37,581 nucleotides of DNA from contig JAADVB010000188.1 of the NCBI GenBank assembly GCA_023334545.1, forward strand, positions 1-37,581. The letters are read 5' to 3'. Shown piece by piece: positions 31,064-37,581 of this stretch. The first letter of the stretch is position 1. Each line of letters opens with the position of its first letter. Origin of the DNA: Salisapilia sapeloensis CBS 127946. Its lineage: Eukaryota; Protista; Oomycota. Below the pieces are notes generated by a model. It was not told the origin of the DNA, searched no databases, and saw only the letters and a program-made list of their open reading frames with translations. The position numbers were made by a program, and so were the translations under genes.

Positions 31064-34000
31064 TCAACTGTCTTCGCCCGAGTTGTAGCACCTCCCACAC
31101 ACTCGGACGACGTCGTAGTATCCAAATTCAGGCAAGTTCATCCTATACGTCGTGCATGGGTTACAAAATACATACCCACAACATCGACAGTGATGTCTCG
31201 GTCGATAAAACGACTTGAACTTCTTCTTGCACCGCTTGCAGCATGGCGCATCACCATCGCGCTCCCACACCGGTTGAGAAATATGCATATTGGCAGTGGT
31301 CGCAAGTACATTGCTGCTCGTCAGGAGCGGTGTACACCCTGGTGTCAATCTCCCTGCTTCAGATACGCCTTCATTACCATTGTGCAGTTCTGGCATGGAC
31401 TCGAATGCCTGGAGACTGCTTCTACGTCTATCTATGCCGCTCATGCTCTCTTTCCCTCCATCTTCTTCGCCGCCTGAATTGGCATACTTGCAACTCGACT
31501 GGCGTATGCGTCGGCTATTGTTTCGACTAGGAAAGTATCCATAGGAAGGGGAGAACACTTCCCCAGTTTTGCCACTCATCACATTCTCCGGAACGTTGTA
31601 GTTGTAGCATCGGAACTTGCGTAGCTGCGTCTTGGCAGCGTTTTCTTTCACAGCAATCTCATGATGCAGCTCCGCCAACGTCGATTCGAGACTGTGCACC
31701 TCTCTCTTCAGCGCGTCCACATGCTTTTCGGTCGTAAGTGACTCGGATGATGACGTTGCTTTGAGGATGGCAATGGACGCATTAGAGCTAGAAGAGTCAC
31801 TTAGAACGTTGCCGTCCTCTCCATGCCCAGTCATGTGGCTCACCAAGTTCCGGAAGCTCGAGCGGAGCTTTGCCGAGTTACTCCTCGATCTTGTCGTGAA
31901 CGAAGACTTCTTCGACAGTCCATTGCTCTCCTTTGTAGCAGCGGAGTCGCTCGGCCGGTCGGACGAATTCAACGCTCGCTGCAACTCTGCCGTCTCGGAA
32001 TGGAGCTGCATCAACCGCAGACTCAGTCGCTGCTCATGTGTCAGCACAGCATCTAACCGAGACAACTGGTGCTCTTGTTGCCGTACGAGCTGGTGCATCT
32101 CCAACTCACGCTGCTGCAGTCGCATGTGGCTCACAGCTTTCTGGTACTGACTGCTCCACAGCTGCATAAGTCGTACGCGACAGACTGGCAGCATAACGTC
32201 ATCCTTCTTATTACCATCCGCATCGAACAACGGGTTCAAGTACTCATCTGTGTTGCCTCGAATGACATCCCACACACTAACGCTCTGGACGGAGCTAAGA
32301 AAGTCTAGTCGCTCTCGCTCGCAGTTCCGTTGGAACGTGCTGTACCAACTAGAGTACACCGCCTCTGCAACGGTGGACAGGAGCAGCTCGTTGAACTGAA
32401 AGTGCGTCGGAAACTGGACTGTCAACTGGTACACAGCGTCCAAAAAGAGTTGGAAGACAGGAGACGTCTGGTCGGACGTCGGGTAGCCGCATCGACGTTG
32501 GAACTGGTGGCCGAAAGCGCACCAGTCTTTCTCGATGAGCATGGCAAACCCTTCCAACGTCCGAAAGTACGGGTCCATCATCAACTGACTAAGAGAAGCC
32601 AGCTGCGCCGTTCGATCCCATCCGTCGCTGCAATGAACGAGCACAGAGTTTCCTCTTTCAAGGTGGCCGCACACTTCCGATGCGCCTTGTAGCAGCAGAC
32701 AGACGTGCTCCAGCCAACGAGATTTATGCACCGCACCAAAAAAGTTGGCGTCTTCTACCTCATACAGCGCCTGTGTCAACATGATGAACGAGTTGCGAAC
32801 GACGTGGATATTGTCAATGCCCATGAACGTGATCTCCGCCACCGGAACGCCGTCTCGATCGTACTGCTTTACACTCTCATGTCCTTTACCTGCAAGAGCG
32901 TTCCCTTTCGCGTTGATCTCGGGTCGAGCATCGATGATCTGCAGCATGCTCGACTTCTTTGGTTCAGACCGACCAGGTGCGACCGCCGCGTCTCGTAGAG
33001 CCCACACGAGCGCCCGGTCGTACTCGTTCGTACTGCGCAGAACACCAGTGTGCGGCTGTGAGGACCGGCACAGAGGAGCTCCTGTCCGAGGATGCAGCCA
33101 CGTGAGCACTGGGAAGCGACTGCGACTGCGGAAGCGAGAGGCTTCGGTCACTGTCTCATCGTCCAGAGACGTTGGAACGAGGAGGAAGTTGGGGTACGTC
33201 GAGCAGAGGTCGTACCTAGCGTTTAAGTCACACATCCGCCAGCAAGGGTGGTCGATCGCTCCTTGACGAGAAAACTCTCGTCGACCGCTGTACTTGATCC
33301 GACGGCGTGTCCCGGAGAGTGTCCGCACTGGTTCAAAGCACTTTGGGTCGACACGGTAGTTGTAGTGAGATTCGATGGACATGCGGTCGACTTCCGACGC
33401 CCTCGAGTCATGTGGTAACGAGGACTTTGTCCTGTCGACTATGTGTGGTGTGACCATCTCTTCCTTGCTCAGCGCCTGTTCCTCCGGCGTGATCGTGATG
33501 TGATGGAGGTCTGTCGCAACGCAAAAGTTATTCTCTAGTCGTAGCCATGTCAGTTCGTGGACGAGGTGGTGGAGCACTCGCAAGCGCTTGGCCTCTGCTT
33601 CTCGAGATGAGTCTCGCACCGAGTCTCGCATGCGAGAGATCGGAGACAGCGTCACGAGGTACTTGCCAGCATCCACGTTCTCCAGCTCCAACACGTGCAC
33701 TGCGTGGCTGCTACTTCGCTTGTACTGACTGATATTAGCACTCTGCACTCTTGCGACGGCAATCGTATGGACGTCTTCGTGCATCAACCCTTTGACCTTT
33801 CGATACGGGACGATCCATATCCGATAGTTGGTGAGCAATAGAGTGGACAATACACCCTGGTTACTCTCGTTCACGTGGAACGTCACGTTCACTTCCTCTA
33901 CCATGTGCAAAAGCTTTTCGTGCCACGGGAATAGCCCCCCTCCTTCGACTGGTGCCGTTGCGTTCGTCTCGATACTCCACGACCGACTTTGTCGAGAACT

Positions 34001-34907
34001 GCCACTAGGCCGAAAGCTACTCGTCGTACTCCATGACGGCGGGAGTTTATGGTAGCAGTGCTGGAAACGAGGATTCTGGGGTAGGAAGATGTCTTGCACG
34101 GGTGTCCCGTACGGCACATTCACGAGGAACTTTAGATCGCGTTCTTCCAGCTGGATTGACACGAGCACTCTGCCACTAGACATCGGTGAAGACGAGCTGG
34201 ATCGACCATTCTCCTTCTTATTCGTTGCACTGCTGCTCTCTACACTGGCGTTCGGAGGCTCGATGATAGTGCACCACATGAGCACGGGCGGAATTGGGTC
34301 CATTAGTTTATGCTTCCGAGGATTCCTCCAGCCTGTAGCACTGCTACTACTGGAACTACTTGGCGTCGTACAGACAGATAAGTTTGTAAGCAGACTAGTT
34401 GTGTTCGTAGACGACCGCCTCTTGTCTTGTATCCGGCCGACCAATTCCGCCTCGCCGTCGGTGGATTTACTTCGACTGAGCGATGGCGTCTCGCTCGGCG
34501 ATGGACATCATGCCCTGTGCCGTCGGGGCCGTGCTCGAGATGGGGCCAAAGGACGAGTTAGAAGAGGACGAGGACGAGGATTGGTGCAACATGCGCTGTC
34601 GGTCGTTCTGCTTTCGCTTTAAATACTCCTCCACATGCGGCCGCCATTCGGGAAACGGCACTCGAAAGTGGCCGAGGAGGTCAGTGGATGATATCTCGTC
34701 TCCGTAAACGTCTACTTCGAGATATAAAGGTCCAGCGTAGGAAAGCGCAAAGGCGAGGTCTAGGTCGTACGTGGGGTGTTGTGACCGTTTGATGCGGCTC
34801 GTGCAGCCGAGTTCCTTGCCATCGTACATGACTTTGGCGTAGGAGTCGCAGGACCCATTGACGCTCGATGCCGGTAGATCCTCCGCGCGAATCAACTTGA
34901 GCTGCAT
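31064..34907 (-). CDS. Myotubularin-family phosphoinositide 3-phosphatase (PH-GRAM, phosphatase, coiled coil, FYVE), probably with an N-terminal C2 domain
   Basis: Active site VHCSDGWDRT, plus RSRSRFPVLTW, RSSQP, IIDARP and NIHVVR. FYVE: WERD..CKRC..RHHCRCCGYVFC..C..VRVCGRC. The upstream C2 ORF (LKLIRAEDL..NGSCDSYAKV..TSRIKRSQHPTY..LEVDVYG..DLLG) is in a different frame, so the junction is unresolved. Confidence 0.85.
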
Positions 34908-35377
34908 GACTAGTTTGTCGGTATCAGCTCCGTTCGATCGCAATGAAGTTCTGTTGTGCAGAAGATTTGGGCTGCATGACTGCTGCTGGAACAAACGAGT
35001 CAGATGTCGCAGGCGCAGTGAAGAGGCGGCGAGAGACGCATGTAAACAACGGGAAGGGTGTCACGGCGAGCGGACAAGTTCATTACTTGAATTAAGACAT
35101 ACAGAAGAATAAAAGGCGACTACTAGACTAACTGATGCCTTCTCAATGCCTATCACCGACATCGGGGAAGCTACTGTTCAGAAACCTGAGATCTTGCGTT
35201 CGTCTCGAATGGATCTTGAAAGGCTGTAGACGAGGACCTTGTCCGTCTCTATGACCTACATCGTACGAGCGAAAGTTGCGTGTTCTGTCTTCGATAGCAG
35301 CTAGATATGCTTCTGCACTTCCGTCCGGTGGCCATGTTGGTTAATATATGGTAACTTCCTCATCCAAACATTCAGTC

Positions 35378-35410
35378 CTGAAGAAGAAGAAGTAGTAGAA
35401 GAAGGAAGTA
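35378..35410. repeat. Short GAA/GTA-type imperfect microsatellite
   Basis: gaagaagaagaagtagtagaagaaggaagtag; it may encode EEEEVVEEGS in an unresolved exon. Confidence 0.5.
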
Positions 35411-36207
35411 GACCTTTTAAATCCAGCGCGACAATGTCGCTAGCTCGAGCGTACATACATGCACTACGGCCAATATGGTGACAGAATTTCCAGCCGATAG
35501 AGAGATGCGAGTGGCAAGCGATACTGCAGTCGTGGATATCGTGCACGAAAAGCGCGATGCGAACGATAAAGCATGACAAGCGCTTTTATCGCAAATTACT
35601 TACAAATTACCTTTTAAGCTCTTGGATTGCTATCCGACACGCTATCACAGAAGGATTTCCGGTGGAATGATCCCATTCCGACATTCCACAGCCAGAAAAA
35701 CCGTGCGCGATCGGACGGTCCTCTTATTCCAATGTCAAGTTTCAAAGGAATTATGGTGCGTCATTCGGTTCAGAGACCAACCTGGCGTCTCAGCTTCCTA
35801 AGCTATGACGTGCTCGGTGTTCGAATCGCCAAGGCATGCTGAGTGAAATTTTAGCATTCCTTTTGTATTCTACGTATGAGGGCTTAGCAAGCAATGAGAT
35901 TTGTGATCTATTCGCACATCAAAAGATGTCCGTGCTCATGCAAGAATGCATATCGAAAGCGCGGTTGGAACTCTTTAAACAACGCTTTCTCTGTTCATGT
36001 TATGACTGTCGAGAAAACCACCGGTCGGACTATCGATCCCTCGAGCGTGCCATCACGCAAGGATTGACATCTGGCGTGGGTGGAAGAAAGAAGTGGGAAC
36101 AGCGTTGATACTCTGCTCTACGGCGGCAAAATCGAGTCTAGCAGTCGACATCGCTTCGTGTTCAGTTCATTTTTTAATTCGCGTCCTACGCCTCAACTCT
36201 CTCACGA

Positions 36208-36762
36208 ATGCCTAAAAGCAACTACATGCTCTTCACATCTGATGGAAACCTCATCCGAATCCCAATGGGGCAACCTCGTAAGGGCGGATGGACTAGATCG
36301 GAACATGAACGCTTCCTTGATGCGATTGAGAGGGATCGCAACGCGAAATGGGCTGATATCGCACGGGCCGTCGGGAAAACGAAGAAGCAGGTTGAAAGCC
36401 ATGCACAAAAGTATCGAAAGCGCATTCAGAGGCATTGCAATGGAAACCGAGCATCAGTCCGAAGAGTCCGCTGTCCTCCGCGTTCAAACGCCGCTGGCGG
36501 CAATCATCTGGGTACGAACGAAAGTCTCTTGAGACCTTCTATTGACTCCACCTTGCGTCATTCTTCTCAAGATTTGAGTGCGCCAGAGGACAACGCTTCC
36601 GACCTGAACAGTCATTCAGATTCCACTCGTACCCAGCTTTTGGATCCGATCCGCATGAATGAAACTCCACCATGCTTTACGAACGAAGAGATCTATGAAC
36701 TCAGGCACATGTTGGTGGATTTTGGCGATTCCGATTCCACTATCCATTCCGACTCGGACTGA
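36208..36762 (+). CDS. Single-repeat SHAQKY-class Myb transcription factor, 184 aa
   Basis: GGWTRSEHERFLDAIE..KWADIARAVGKTKKQVESHAQKY. Confidence 0.9.
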   Translation: MPKSNYMLFTSDGNLIRIPMGQPRKGGWTRSEHERFLDAIERDRNAKWADIARAVGKTKKQVESHAQKYRKRIQRHCNGNRASVRRVRCPPRSNAAGGNHLGTNESLLRPSIDSTLRHSSQDLSAPEDNASDLNSHSDSTRTQLLDPIRMNETPPCFTNEEIYELRHMLVDFGDSDSTIHSDSD

Positions 36763-37192
36763 AACTGGATTGAACGAAGATAGATTGTAGTTGGATACTG
36801 TAGCTGCTTCTGTCGTACCATATGTAGTCATATCATGGACAACAAGAACTCTGGCATTTATAATACTTTTACTCGTTAAAAGCAAGCCTTCATCTACTTA
36901 TGGCATTGCTTTTAAGTCTCTCTTTACGGCATGGCTGAGATATGGAAAGAGTATGGTAATCTGGACGAATGGCGAGTTTCTCTATTATGGATCCATTCGC
37001 CACCTAGAATAGTAGATCAAGTAGTCTCGACTCGTACGGTCGCTACCTCCACTACGCGAGTTCATTCATAACCACCAGACAGTTCACAGATTCAAGTATC
37101 AATCCAGAACAAAACCAAATTGCCTCGAATCTAGTCCATTCCTTACTGTAATTGAAAAGTAAACTCAGTCTGCTACGACAGTAGACTCCAGT

Positions 37193-37581
37193 CTAGAAGA
37201 ATGGCAGGTCCGAGCTGATAACCTGAGCACGTCCGATGACGTAGACGTTTGCACCGAGCTCACTCAGCTTCTGGTGCGGCAAAATGTTCCGACCGTCAAA
37301 CACAAACGCAGGCTTCGTCATGCTCTCGTACACGCGTTCATAGTCAAGCGTCTTGAACTCGTCCCACTCGGTCAGCGCCGCGATCGCGTGGGCGCCATCC
37401 GCCGCCTCGTACGCAGTCTGGTGCGTCGTCAAGTGTGTCTCCATCCACGGATGCGTCTGTGGCGACACGCCGTGCTCCTTGAGCTCCGACATCATGTCCT
37501 CAACCTTGACCTTGGGGTCGTACACGGACACTTGGGCCTTCTCCTCTAACAGATACTTGATGATCGTCGCAGCAGGCGTCT
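37193..37581 (-). CDS. UGDH: UDP-glucose 6-dehydrogenase, C-terminal part (truncated by the window edge)
   Basis: TPAATIIKYLLEEKAQVSVYDPKV..AYEAADGAHAIAALTEWDEFKTLDYERVYESMTKPAFVFDGRNIL..VYVIGR. Confidence 0.93.
   Translation of the reverse strand, partial: TPAATIIKYLLEEKAQVSVYDPKVKVEDMMSELKEHGVSPQTHPWMETHLTTHQTAYEAADGAHAIAALTEWDEFKTLDYERVYESMTKPAFVFDGRNILPHQKLSELGANVYVIGRAQVISSDLPFF

Noticed and set aside
36791-37012. Hydrophobic 73-aa ORF between Myb and UGDH
   Set aside because: TTG start, no motif, and it lies in the convergent 3' UTR zone; insufficient support.
1-37581. Search for tRNA, rRNA, snRNA, CRISPR arrays, telomeric repeats, transposase/RT ORFs and prokaryotic operons
   Set aside because: None recognised by eye; no cloverleaf, repeat-spacer array, terminal inverted repeats or LTRs were seen. 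tRNAscan, Infernal and RepeatMasker would be needed to exclude small or degenerate ones.

Overview
Gene-dense eukaryotic window, most likely an oomycete (stramenopile). Evidence: about 19 short GT-AG introns (mostly 51-63 nt), copies of the oomycete Inr+FPR core-promoter motif about 30-50 nt upstream of several ATGs, and a flagellar gene (WDR93). Splicing the ORF track by hand gives, in order: SDR dehydrogenase, PX-sphingomyelinase fusion, secreted trypsin-like protease, HRD1, WDR93, a PHD/3xCW chromatin reader, a three-exon protein ending in a pseudo-HPt domain, hypothetical and coiled-coil proteins, a tetraspanin-like protein, TMX2, a PhyH-type dioxygenase, a PERK-like eIF2alpha kinase, a hypothetical protein, C2/myotubularin/FYVE, a SHAQKY Myb, and the 3' end of UDP-glucose dehydrogenase. 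I found no tRNA, rRNA, CRISPR array or recognisable mobile element. The interesting signals are unusual domain architectures, a C2/myotubularin reading-frame break, an XPA-like orphan exon and a spliced divergent transcript with no long ORF. All family calls are from motif recognition by eye, not database searches.
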